Shown in pieces: positions 19,501 through 27,075 of a stretch of DNA of 60,507 bases. Source of the DNA: an uncultured Gammaproteobacteria bacterium (GTDB taxonomy: Bacteria > Patescibacteriota > Patescibacteriia > UBA1558 > 2-01-FULL-52-15); assembly GCA_964360835.1 (NCBI GenBank), contig CAYHYG010000001.1, positions 3,105 through 63,611 on the forward strand. Direction: 5' to 3'. Numbering within the stretch: the first letter of the stretch is position 1; every line of letters begins with the position of its first letter. Position numbers and translations under genes: made by a program. The notes under the pieces are model-generated. The model made no database searches and was not told where the DNA came from. It worked only from the letters and a program-made list of their open reading frames with translations.

Positions 19501-19997
19501 CCGGTATCGTTACTATCTTGCATAAGATTGTGACCAAGAGCGGCGAACCTATGCTGTTTGTCACTATTGAAGATAGCACTGCCACTATGGAAATTATCGT
19601 TTTTCCCAAACTTCTAGCTTCTCAACCTCACCTTTTTGAAATGGGTAAATTATTACTAGCCAAAGGGAAAATATCAGCCAAAGATGACAGTCCAAAATTA
19701 CTAATCGATCAGATTCAAGAGTTGACACCGGAAACAGTCGCGAGATTTCAAGATCAGTGGAAAAATAAATTAAAATTATGGTTACACTTGTCCGAAGATT
19801 TCAATAAAGAAAAGCTGGGAGTGCTCAAAGTCCTGCTCGAACAATACCCGGGGTCAATCCCTGTGTATCTAGTTTTGCATAATGGCTCCGAACGCCGCCT
19901 GAAAACAACTATGAAAGTTTCTATCAGTGAAGGTTTACAACAAAGGGTGGAAAATTTAATCGGTACTGGCAAATGGGTTATTGAAGAGCGGGCTTAG
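16545..19997 (+). CDS. dnaE: DNA polymerase III alpha subunit
   Basis: PHP domain HLHTHSHYSLLDG, PDIDMDF, FQLES and YRPGPM motifs; 1150 aa. Confidence 0.97.
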   Translation: MSSFVHLHTHSHYSLLDGLGRIEDLIEAAKKNGMTALALTDHGVLYGAIEFYQKCLKAEIKPIIGMEAYLSDEPISQTSTRQQKPYHLILLAKNKTGYRNLLQLTSVAHLKGFYYKPRIDWELLHEHSDGLICLTACLNGPIARPISQKNEALARENLKKLQKIFGPEDLYLEMQHRPTLADQSLVNNTLKKYAQEYNLPLVATNDIHYVEAQDALAHDILICLQTKAKVSDKDRMSYLGEDFSLLSTEEMQEHFADTPEALTNTVKIAERCNLEIELGKITLPQFNVPDGLTAEEYVRQLCLQNIPRRFGCAYEELDHDIRDRLDYELDIIFKTGFTAYFLIVQDFVNWAKNNGIVVGPGRGSAAGSLVSYLLNITNVDPIKYKLLFERFLNPERISMPDIDMDFADTRREDVLKYVEERYGHDRVAQIITFGTMAARAAVRDVGRVLGYGYGFCDRISKLIPMFTTLTDALEKVRELKELYEQDDQAKRLIDMAKQLEGIARHSSTHACAVLITKDPLVSYVPLQHASSDDQTVISQYSMHPVEDLGLLKMDFLGLKNLTILENALRIIRKTTGQKIGLDAIPLDDAQTFQLLQKGDTTGVFQLESSGMTRYLKKLKPTSIEDIIAMISLYRPGPMEFIEDYINGKQNKIKISYLHPDLEPILSSTYGIAVYQEQVLEIARKLAGFTYGQADILRKAVGKKIKKLLDEQEELLVSGMIKNKIPADTAKKIWDFIVPFARYGFNRSHAASYALISFQTAYLKAHYPAQFMAALLTADQDDMDKIVREVHECSKMGLHILPPDVNESFESFSVVLDNEQKPTKDIRFGLNAIKNVGQHISAAIITERKSNGTFASLEDFLKRIHDKDLNKKSLECLIKCGALDRFGERGQMLANLDELLSFNKKLQSENKRGVTNLFADLPIQISSGLVVRSADPADSWQCLAWEKELLGLYITNHPFKPYLKWLEGTIDLIAGISATDGQEKTVAGIVTILHKIVTKSGEPMLFVTIEDSTATMEIIVFPKLLASQPHLFEMGKLLLAKGKISAKDDSPKLLIDQIQELTPETVARFQDQWKNKLKLWLHLSEDFNKEKLGVLKVLLEQYPGSIPVYLVLHNGSERRLKTTMKVSISEGLQQRVENLIGTGKWVIEERA

Positions 19998-20036
19998 AGG
20001 TAGACAAGTAGACCTTGGGGTAGGTATAATAGCATT

Positions 20037-21125
20037 ATGTCGAACTTGACAAGCAGAAAAATTTATAGCCGGATTGCTTCTGTCTTTATTTTATTGACCT
20101 TGGCCGCCTTGGGATTGATTTTCCACATTACTCTAGCTACGGCCACGATCCACATGAAAAGCGCTACTGAAAATTTTGTCTTTAATGGACCTCTGGAAAT
20201 TTCTGACATCGACACCAAGACGACCGCATCAGTCGAATTAGATGGTCAGAGTGAATTTTCTGTCAGCGGTAAAGTCACGACCAGCGACAAAGCCGGTATC
20301 AATGTGACTATTACTAACAACACCAAGAAAGCTCAACCCTTGGTGGCCACTACCCGCTTCCTGACATCGGAAGGTTTAATCTTCAGATTACAAAAAGGTT
20401 TGACCGTCCCAGCTTCTGGATCAATCGCGGCTTTCATTGAAGCTGATGAGACTGGAGATCAATACCTCGTGCCAGCTGGACGTTTCACTATTCCCGGTTT
20501 AGCGACCAGTCTGCAATCACAAATTTATGGAGAAAGTCAGACAGCAGCGACTTTCGAGAGAATTCAAAGCAATATAGTCACCCAAAAGGATGTCGATCAA
20601 GCTACTACTGAATTAATACAAAAGATGATGCCCGCGGCCATCGCAGAATTAAAAAAAGCTATCACAATCGATAGGAAAGAAAATATCATCGCGGAAATTC
20701 TGGAATCTGAACCTGATGTTGCTATTGGCGAAGGTGCAGAAAAATTTCTTCTAAAAGGAAAGATACAATTCTCTTATATACCCATAGATCAGGATATGTT
20801 ACGTCAACGTGCTACAGAAGCTCTAAAACGAAAACTTCCAGACTCTATGACAATTAAACAAGCGAATGATGATACCTTCTCTTATCAGTTGAATAAAGAC
20901 GGTGATCAGATATCAGCTGACGGACACTTGGAAGCTACTATCAGTAAATCTAATGATTGGGCTGGTACTATTGATTTGAATAGACTACACGGGCTTTCAG
21001 CTTATGAGGGCGAAAAGTTACTACAGCAAGAAGGCTTGCCAGTAACCAAAATCTCCCTCTGGCCCTTCTGGATTAGAAAAATACCGAAGCTAAACGACCA
21101 TATTAATATCGTGACCGAAGACTAG
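20037..21125 (+). CDS. hypothetical membrane-anchored protein
   Basis: N-terminal TM (IASVFILLTLAALGLIFHI); no motif recognised. Confidence 0.55.
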   Translation: MSNLTSRKIYSRIASVFILLTLAALGLIFHITLATATIHMKSATENFVFNGPLEISDIDTKTTASVELDGQSEFSVSGKVTTSDKAGINVTITNNTKKAQPLVATTRFLTSEGLIFRLQKGLTVPASGSIAAFIEADETGDQYLVPAGRFTIPGLATSLQSQIYGESQTAATFERIQSNIVTQKDVDQATTELIQKMMPAAIAELKKAITIDRKENIIAEILESEPDVAIGEGAEKFLLKGKIQFSYIPIDQDMLRQRATEALKRKLPDSMTIKQANDDTFSYQLNKDGDQISADGHLEATISKSNDWAGTIDLNRLHGLSAYEGEKLLQQEGLPVTKISLWPFWIRKIPKLNDHINIVTED

Positions 21126-21133
21126 CCAGTCAT

Positions 21134-21162
21134 TTGACCAATCAGAGAAAATCTCTTACTAT
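21134..21162 (+). promoter_or_regulatory. promoter of the thrS leader
   Basis: TTGACC (21134-21139), 17-nt spacer, TACTAT (21157-21162). Confidence 0.45.
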
Positions 21163-21164
21163 CA

Positions 21165-21375
21165 AAAGAGCGTCGATTGAATGGCCTACCAAGCTATTAC
21201 CCTTCCGGGTTTTCACCAAAACTAAGACGTCCAAAAAAGTGCTCTCCCAAAGCCCTGAGCGAAGCCACGTCAAATGTGGCGAAGTCGAATGGGTGAAGGA
21301 GAGAACTTGGGTGGAACCGTCCTGAACGGAGTTGAAGGACCCCAAGGCATTAAGTTGTCTTGGATTTTATTTTAT
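21165..21375 (+). promoter_or_regulatory. T-box riboswitch leader (Thr, ACC specifier candidate) upstream of thrS
   Basis: Antiterminator: CUUGGG (21306-11), a 7-nt bulge UGGAACC (21312-18), GUCC/GGAC, then CCCAAG (21341-46). This overlaps the terminator CCAAGGCA (21342-49) / UGUCUUGG (21356-63) plus AUUUUAUUUUAU. Candidate ACC-A at 21215-21218. Confidence 0.55.
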
Positions 21376-21382
21376 AAGCGTT

Positions 21383-21482
21383 TGCGATCCCGAACCAAGC
21401 CACGTCTGCGTGGCGAAGCCGAGGGAGAAGCGATCTAGCTAGAACAAATACCAGATTGCCGTGCCACGCAGACGCGGCTCGC
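21383..21482. repeat. G+C-rich palindromic element between the T-box terminator and the thrS start
   Basis: GCCACGTCTGCGTGGC (21399-21414) and its inverted partner GCCACGCAGACGCGGC (21463-21478). The 5' part resembles T-box segment 21262-21300. Confidence 0.75.
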
Positions 21483-21516
21483 AAAATCTAATTAATTATC
21501 AACTTTTTTTCTTAGT

Positions 21517-23274
21517 ATGAATACTCCTTCAAAAATCGACCGCATCCGGCACTCCTTGTCACATATTATGACTGTGGCTGTGCTAGAGCAACAACCTAAA
21601 TCGGGCCTTGGTGTTGGACCGGCAATTGAGAATGGCTTTTATCAAGATTATGATCTGGTCCATAAAATTTCTGATGAAGACCTGCAAGGTTTGGAAAAAA
21701 GGATGAAAGATCTCATCCGTCAAAATCTGGAATTCAAACGAGTGCTACTGCCCAAAGCCGAAGCCCTAAAATTACACGTGCATGATCCCTATAAAACAGA
21801 GCTTATTGAAGAATTTTATCCTGCAGCAGATTCTGAAGTTCAATTTTATGAAACGGGCGGAATTCTCAATCTTTGTAAAGGTGGTCACGTTGAGTCAACT
21901 AAGGAAATAAATCCACGCGCTTTTAAACTGGTGAACGTGGCCGGTGCCTACTGGAGAGGTGACGAAAAGAGCTCCATGCTGACCCGCATTTATGGTGTTG
22001 CTTTTGAAACAGAAGAAGAACTGACGACTTATCTACAGCGAATCAAAGAGGCCAAAGAGCGAGATCATCGCAAAATTGGCCGCGAACTAGATCTATTCAC
22101 CTTCTCCGAATTAATCGGTCCTGGCCTGCCACTGTGGACACCCAAAGGAACCCTAATACGCCATGAACTTGATGCCTTTGTCTGGGAATTACGCCAGGCT
22201 CGAGGGTATGAGCGAGTAGAAATCCCCCATATCACCAAAAAGGATTTATATGAAACCAGCGGTCATTGGGATAAATTCAAAGAAGAGCTGTTTAAGGTCA
22301 ATACCCGCGAGGATCACATCTTCGCTATGAAGCCAATGAACTGCCCTCACCATACGCAGATTTTTGCCCGCCAAAAGTGGAGCTACCGTGATATGCCTCA
22401 GCGTTATGCCAATACCACCATGTGCTACCGAGATGAGCAAACTGGCGAACTGCATGGGCTGACTCGTGTGCGCGCCTTTACCCAAGATGATGCTCATGTC
22501 TTTTGCCGTCAGTCACAAATTCAACAGGAAGCCAATCATGTCTGGGATATCATTTATTCATTTTATCAAGCTTTTGGTTTTGAATTGACTGTCCGCTTGT
22601 CGCTACATGACGCTAATAATATGTCTGCCTATCTTGGTGAGGAAGCCACATGGTTAGCAGCCGAAGAACAACTGCATCAGGTCATAACAACTCATAAAAA
22701 AGACTTTCGTGAGGCCGTAGGTGAAGCTGCTTTTTACGGACCAAAGATTGATTTCATGGCAACTGATTCTATTGGTCGTGAATGGCAAGTAGCCACGATT
22801 CAACTCGATATGAATTTACCGGAACGCTTCGATCTTAGCTGTGTCAATGAAGAAGGCAAAGACGAACGAATCGTTATGATACATGCGGCCATCATGGGCT
22901 CCTTGGAACGGTTTCTAGCTATCATGCTGGAACACTGTAATGGCAACCTACCGCTCTGGTTGGCTCCTGTCCAAATTGCCTTACTGCCTGTAAGCGATAG
23001 TTTCAATGAATTTGCGCAGAGATTATCTTGGGAATGGAAAAAGCAAGGCTTGCGTGTGACGGTTGACAGCTCCAGCGAAACATTAGGAACGAAAATTCGT
23101 CGCGCAGCAGCACAAAAAGTACCCTACCTGATAGTCATTGGCCAAAAAGAAGTTGACGGCGCCCCACTACAGATCAGAGTAAGGGGTCAGGAAGAACTAG
23201 CTACCATGCATCCAGAAGACTTTTCTGCTTTGACCAAAGAATTAATAAAAAAGCGCTCAGCCGAACTCCAATAA
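21517..23274 (+). CDS. thrS: threonyl-tRNA synthetase (short form without an N-terminal TGS domain)
   Basis: Class II motifs (FAMKPMNCPHH, FTQDDAHVF, GPKIDF) and a C-terminal anticodon-binding domain. Confidence 0.95.
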   Translation: MNTPSKIDRIRHSLSHIMTVAVLEQQPKSGLGVGPAIENGFYQDYDLVHKISDEDLQGLEKRMKDLIRQNLEFKRVLLPKAEALKLHVHDPYKTELIEEFYPAADSEVQFYETGGILNLCKGGHVESTKEINPRAFKLVNVAGAYWRGDEKSSMLTRIYGVAFETEEELTTYLQRIKEAKERDHRKIGRELDLFTFSELIGPGLPLWTPKGTLIRHELDAFVWELRQARGYERVEIPHITKKDLYETSGHWDKFKEELFKVNTREDHIFAMKPMNCPHHTQIFARQKWSYRDMPQRYANTTMCYRDEQTGELHGLTRVRAFTQDDAHVFCRQSQIQQEANHVWDIIYSFYQAFGFELTVRLSLHDANNMSAYLGEEATWLAAEEQLHQVITTHKKDFREAVGEAAFYGPKIDFMATDSIGREWQVATIQLDMNLPERFDLSCVNEEGKDERIVMIHAAIMGSLERFLAIMLEHCNGNLPLWLAPVQIALLPVSDSFNEFAQRLSWEWKKQGLRVTVDSSSETLGTKIRRAAAQKVPYLIVIGQKEVDGAPLQIRVRGQEELATMHPEDFSALTKELIKKRSAELQ

Positions 23275-23286
23275 AACTGCAAATAC

Positions 23287-23320
23287 AAACACCTTCGGCG
23301 TTGCTCGCTGGAGGTGTTTT
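23287..23320 (+). terminator. hairpin after thrS
   Basis: AAACACCT (23287-23294) / AGGTGTTT (23312-23319). Confidence 0.45.
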
Positions 23321-23375
23321 GCTAAACTGCTACAGTTGTGACCTCTCCGACGAGATATAAGCGTTATCAGTCTGC

Positions 23376-23404
23376 TTGAAATAGATCATAACTTAGGTTA
23401 GAAT
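23376..23404 (+). promoter_or_regulatory. promoter placed for a leaderless miaB mRNA
   Basis: TTGAAA (23376-81), 17-nt spacer, TAGAAT (23399-23404); the ATG is at 23411, 6 nt after the -10 box. Confidence 0.5.
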
Positions 23405-23410
23405 CGCTCT

Positions 23411-24712
23411 ATGCCTCAACAAAAAAAATACTACAATTTGATGGTTTTGGGCTGTCAGATGAACAAAAATGACGCCGAGCGCTTGGCCACCATATTAGAG
23501 ACGGTCGGTTATAGTGCCACTGAAGACGAAGCTGAAGCTGATCTGGTCGGGGTGGTTTCCTGCGCGGTCAGACAATCAGCCATGGACCGAATCCACGGTA
23601 AACTACGCCAGTGGCAATTGGAAAAAGCTAAACGGCCCTTCATTACCTTATTGTCGGGCTGTGTCCTACAACATGACCGAGAGGCGCTGAAAGAAAAATT
23701 TGATATCTTTATTGACATAAAAAAATTAGACACCCTTCCGGAACAAATAAAAAAATTAACTAATGAGCAGATTATCGACTTGCCGAGTTATTTTAAAATT
23801 CAACCCAAATACCGCTCAACCTTTCTAGCGTATGTACCAATAGCAACAGGCTGCAACAAATTCTGTACCTACTGCGCTGTCCCCTATACTCGAGGCAAGG
23901 AAGTCTCCAGACCAGCAACAGAAATCTTGGAAGAAATCAGACATCTGGTACAACATGGGTATAAAGAAATTGTCCTGGTCGGCCAGAATGTAAATTCTTA
24001 TGGTTTAGACATTAAAGACGAAATAAAATTTTCGGAATTAGTAAAACGTATAGACCAAATTGAAGGCGACTATTGGTTACGATTTATGACTAGCCACCCC
24101 TACGATATGTCGGATGACTTGATAGCAGAAATGGTACATTCCAAGCATTTGAGCAATTATTTACATCTGCCAGTTCAGTCAGGTGACGACGATATTTTGA
24201 AAAAAATGAACCGACATTACACTATCACTCACTATAAGGAACGTATTGATAAAGTGCGCCAAGCCAAACCTACTATTGGTTTATCGACTGATGTCATCGT
24301 TGGTTTCTGCGGCGAATCAGAACAGCAATTCCAAAAAACTATACAATTATTTAAAGACGTTAAATACGACATGGCCTACATCTCTCAATATTCTGTCCGT
24401 TCCGGTACTGCCGCTACCAAACTTTATGCTGATGATGTGTCACATGAAGTCAAGGAGCAACGAGAACGTGAATTGAATGAAGTATTAGCGCAAACTGGAT
24501 TAGCTTATAACCAACAATTTGTGGATAAGACAATTAAGGTACTGGTTGATAGTCGTCGTAATAAAGGACAGGCATTTCGTTACCAAGGAAAAAACTCCGA
24601 ATCTAAAACGGTCAATTTTAATGCGGCCGATCTGACGCTCATCGGCAACTTTGTAATGGTTAAAATAACCGAGGCAAAAAGTTTTGGGTTGGAGGGTGAG
24701 CTCGTAGTCTAA
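23411..24712 (+). CDS. miaB: tRNA methylthiotransferase (radical SAM MTTase)
   Basis: GCNKFCTYCAVP radical-SAM cluster, N-terminal MTTase Cys motifs, C-terminal TRAM domain; adjacent to miaA. Confidence 0.88.
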   Translation: MPQQKKYYNLMVLGCQMNKNDAERLATILETVGYSATEDEAEADLVGVVSCAVRQSAMDRIHGKLRQWQLEKAKRPFITLLSGCVLQHDREALKEKFDIFIDIKKLDTLPEQIKKLTNEQIIDLPSYFKIQPKYRSTFLAYVPIATGCNKFCTYCAVPYTRGKEVSRPATEILEEIRHLVQHGYKEIVLVGQNVNSYGLDIKDEIKFSELVKRIDQIEGDYWLRFMTSHPYDMSDDLIAEMVHSKHLSNYLHLPVQSGDDDILKKMNRHYTITHYKERIDKVRQAKPTIGLSTDVIVGFCGESEQQFQKTIQLFKDVKYDMAYISQYSVRSGTAATKLYADDVSHEVKEQRERELNEVLAQTGLAYNQQFVDKTIKVLVDSRRNKGQAFRYQGKNSESKTVNFNAADLTLIGNFVMVKITEAKSFGLEGELVV

Positions 24713-24721
24713 ACCCACGCT

Positions 24722-24767
24722 GTAGGGACAGGTCGCGATCGCGTCTGACGCGACGACCTGTCCCTAC
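24722..24767. repeat. GTAGGGACA-family palindrome, copy 1
   Basis: GTAGGGACAGGTCG (24722-35) / CGACCTGTCCCTAC (24754-67). The loop holds an inner hairpin TCGCG-TCTGA-CGCGA. Confidence 0.9.
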
Positions 24768-24798
24768 ACGTTGAAAAATTCTGATATAATATCTTCAT

Positions 24799-24933
24799 AT
24801 GCCTACAAAAGCCGAGAAACGAGAAACATTAAAAAGTAAACTGCGCAACAAAAGAACCTCTCTAGCCGATCAAATGAAACGGCGTGCCAGAAATAAGAAA
24901 ACCAAGATAACCGTAGCTTTCCGTGAAGTCTAA
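24799..24933 (+). CDS. possible 44-aa Lys/Arg-rich peptide overlapping the miaA start
   Basis: ATG lies 8 nt after an extended -10 box, TGaTATAAT (24782-24790). Sequence MPTKAEKRETLKSKLRNKRTS...; no homology recognised. Confidence 0.3.
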   Translation: MPTKAEKRETLKSKLRNKRTSLADQMKRRARNKKTKITVAFREV

Positions 24934-25870
24934 GGTAATTGTTATATTAGGCCCAACAGCCAGTGGCAAGTCAGCCCTGGCATTGGCATTGGCCAAAAAA
25001 TATAAAGGCGAGATTATCTCAGCCGACTCCAGACAGGTTTATCAGTACCTCGATATCGGTACGAGCAAACCGACCAAGGTCGAGCAGAAAAAGATTCGTC
25101 ACCATTTGATTGATATTGTCACTCCTGACAAAAAATTTACCTTGGCCGATTATCAGAAAAAAGCTTATACCGACATTGACGATTGTCTGCGGCGCGGCCG
25201 TTTACCTATCCTCGTTGGTGGTACTGGTCTCTATCTGTCGTCCATCATCGAAAATTTTGATCTACCAACCGCGCCGCCTAATCAAAAAATGCGCCGCCAA
25301 TGGAAGAAGCTTTCAGTAGCTCAATTAGCTTTTTTGCTTAAAAAGAAATCACCCAAGCTAGCCAGCAAAACGGATTTAAAAAATCGTCGGCGTCTTATTC
25401 GCGCCTTGGAAATGAGTCTGGTTCAAACTGAGGGTAAAAAAAATCCGATCAATCGCTATGATATTTTGATCCTCGGTCTCAACCCCAACAGAGATATTCT
25501 CTATAAACGCATAAATAGGCGTGTCGACCAGATGATTAAAAACGGTTTAGAGTCAGAGGTACGCAAACTGCTAGGTGCCGAGTTGAACTCGGCACGAATT
25601 ACGTCGAGTTCTCGCCTCGCTAAGACGCAGACGAAGCGGGCAACTCGACGTCTAATATCCCTCTTAAAAAATACAATCGGTTACTCCGAATGGCTTTCTT
25701 ATTTTAAAAAAGAAATACCTCGTGACAAGGCCATTGAAGCCATCAAACAAAATACTCGAAACTACGCTAAGCGGCAAATGACCTGGTTTCGGGGTATAGA
25801 AAAGAAGAAAAAAATTTACTGGGTAAAAAATGTAACTGAAACCAAAAAGGCCATCAATCAAAATAGCTAA
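24923..25870 (+). CDS. miaA: tRNA dimethylallyltransferase
   Basis: GTG start; ILGPTASGKS P-loop, ISADSRQVY, VGGTGLY and AKRQMTWFR. Confidence 0.92.
   Translation: MKSKVIVILGPTASGKSALALALAKKYKGEIISADSRQVYQYLDIGTSKPTKVEQKKIRHHLIDIVTPDKKFTLADYQKKAYTDIDDCLRRGRLPILVGGTGLYLSSIIENFDLPTAPPNQKMRRQWKKLSVAQLAFLLKKKSPKLASKTDLKNRRRLIRALEMSLVQTEGKKNPINRYDILILGLNPNRDILYKRINRRVDQMIKNGLESEVRKLLGAELNSARITSSSRLAKTQTKRATRRLISLLKNTIGYSEWLSYFKKEIPRDKAIEAIKQNTRNYAKRQMTWFRGIEKKKKIYWVKNVTETKKAINQNS
25575..25651. repeat. G+C-rich structured insert inside the miaA reading frame
   Basis: Hairpin GTGCCGAGT-tga-ACTCGGCAC (25575-25595). A 10-bp stem ACGTCGAGTT (25601-10) / AACTCGACGT (25642-51). Encodes the extra segment AELNSARITSSSRLAKTQTKRATRRL. 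Confidence 0.75.
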
Positions 25871-25943
25871 AATTAATAGCCCCCAACGTGTTGTCGGAGG
25901 CTATCTCTTTTCGTTTCGGTCCGGTCTGTTTCAGGGTTTCAAT

Positions 25944-26345
25944 CTAATACCTGACTTCGCCCAGCTGAAGTCCTTTCCTGGCTTTCATCAAAGCCACTTC
26001 AACGGCCTGCTTAGCCGGCTGGCAGGCAGCGCAGGAATCACAGAGTGGGCTGTAGCTCCTGAGCACTAGAGTACTGGACTCATTCAAAAACTGGGTTGGT
26101 GGAACCAACCGCCCAAGAATGAAAACCTTGTCTTGGGTCATCCGACGATAGGCCAAAGTATCACCGTCGGCCAAAATCAGTAGACCGAGATCGACAGAAT
26201 GGCGTTCTCCCTTATCAGGAGATGAATCCTGCAGGGCTGAGGCAGTATCAGCCGCCCAGCAATCGGCCGGAAAGGAGACTCGCTCCTCAGCGCTAGCGAC
26301 CCGTGGAATGAGCAAACTCAGGACAACAATGAACAGACTCTTCAT
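25944..26345 (-). CDS. small secreted Cys-containing protein (paralog A)
   Basis: Signal peptide MKSLFIVVLSLLIPRVASA. Shares the CWA-DT, YR-x5-V-ILGR and C-x2-C blocks with the next gene. Confidence 0.6.
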   Translation of the reverse strand: MKSLFIVVLSLLIPRVASAEERVSFPADCWAADTASALQDSSPDKGERHSVDLGLLILADGDTLAYRRMTQDKVFILGRLVPPTQFLNESSTLVLRSYSPLCDSCAACQPAKQAVEVALMKARKGLQLGEVRY

Positions 26346-26388
26346 GACCGCCCTCATGGTTACCGAGTTTTACATCGATAGCGTATCG

Positions 26389-26850
26389 CTACCAAGTAAT
26401 GACACTGTTAGGATTCTCGACTAACATCAGATCCATGAGCATATTTTTTTCTCCGTTGCAGCAATCTGGACAGATCCGTAGGTATCGAGTGGTAAAGAAA
26501 TACTGGTCGTACCAAAACCTATGTTCCGAAGACCACACCGACTTCCTCTCTAGTCTCCTGGGAGTACCACGAATTTCTCTCCCCAGGATAACCACTCGAT
26601 TCTCCTGCTGGCGATACAACAAAGTAACATCGGACACGGAAAACCTTCTGAAGTCGTTCTTCACCGATACCGGGCTAACGACAACCATACTTTGGCCCTT
26701 ATTATACATTGAAGGAATAGACGGCTCTTCAACATAGAGGGTGTCAGTGTCGGCCCAGCAACTGTCGGAAAAAATGACAGATGGTTTATCTGCGGCCAAT
26801 ACCAACTGAGATGAAAAAAGAATCAAAACTACAAGGAACAACATTTTCAC
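26389..26850 (-). CDS. small secreted Cys-containing protein (paralog B)
   Basis: GTG start 6 nt after GGAGG (within GGAGGTGATTC); signal peptide KMLFLVVLILFSSQLVLA. Confidence 0.6.
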   Translation of the reverse strand: MKMLFLVVLILFSSQLVLAADKPSVIFSDSCWADTDTLYVEEPSIPSMYNKGQSMVVVSPVSVKNDFRRFSVSDVTLLYRQQENRVVILGREIRGTPRRLERKSVWSSEHRFWYDQYFFTTRYLRICPDCCNGEKNMLMDLMLVENPNSVITW

Positions 26851-26901
26851 GAATCACCTCCGGCTGTGAGAAACTTCTGGTGAACGCTATTAGAATTACC
26901 T

Positions 26902-26930
26902 AAAATACAACAAAAAAACAATGATGTCAA
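26902..26930 (-). promoter_or_regulatory. promoter of the secreted-protein pair
   Basis: On the minus strand: TTGACA (26930-26925), 17-nt spacer, TATTTT (26907-26902). Confidence 0.45.
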
Positions 26931-26939
26931 TTACGGTGT

Positions 26940-27048
26940 GGGCGGATGGATGTTTCAATGGTTGATGCCCGGTAGGGACAGGTCGCGACCTGTCCCTACG
27001 AATGCCGGTCGAATCCTCAACGCAATATCGAAAAAATTCCATCCGCCC
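26940..27048. repeat. 109-bp nested palindromic element carrying GTAGGGACA-family copy 2
   Basis: Perfect 11-bp terminal inverted repeats GGGCGGATGGA (26940-50) / TCCATCCGCCC (27038-48) flank the perfect 28-bp palindrome GTAGGGACAGGTCGCGACCTGTCCCTAC (26972-26999). Confidence 0.9.
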
Positions 27049-27075
27049 TGCAGTTGAAATGTTTAAAGACGTGAT

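Noticed and set aside
21134-21345. ORFs 21134..21325 (+) and 21142..21345 (-) upstream of thrS.
   Set aside because: The region is better explained as a T-box leader with promoter, antiterminator and terminator geometry. Neither ORF has an SD or a recognisable protein sequence.
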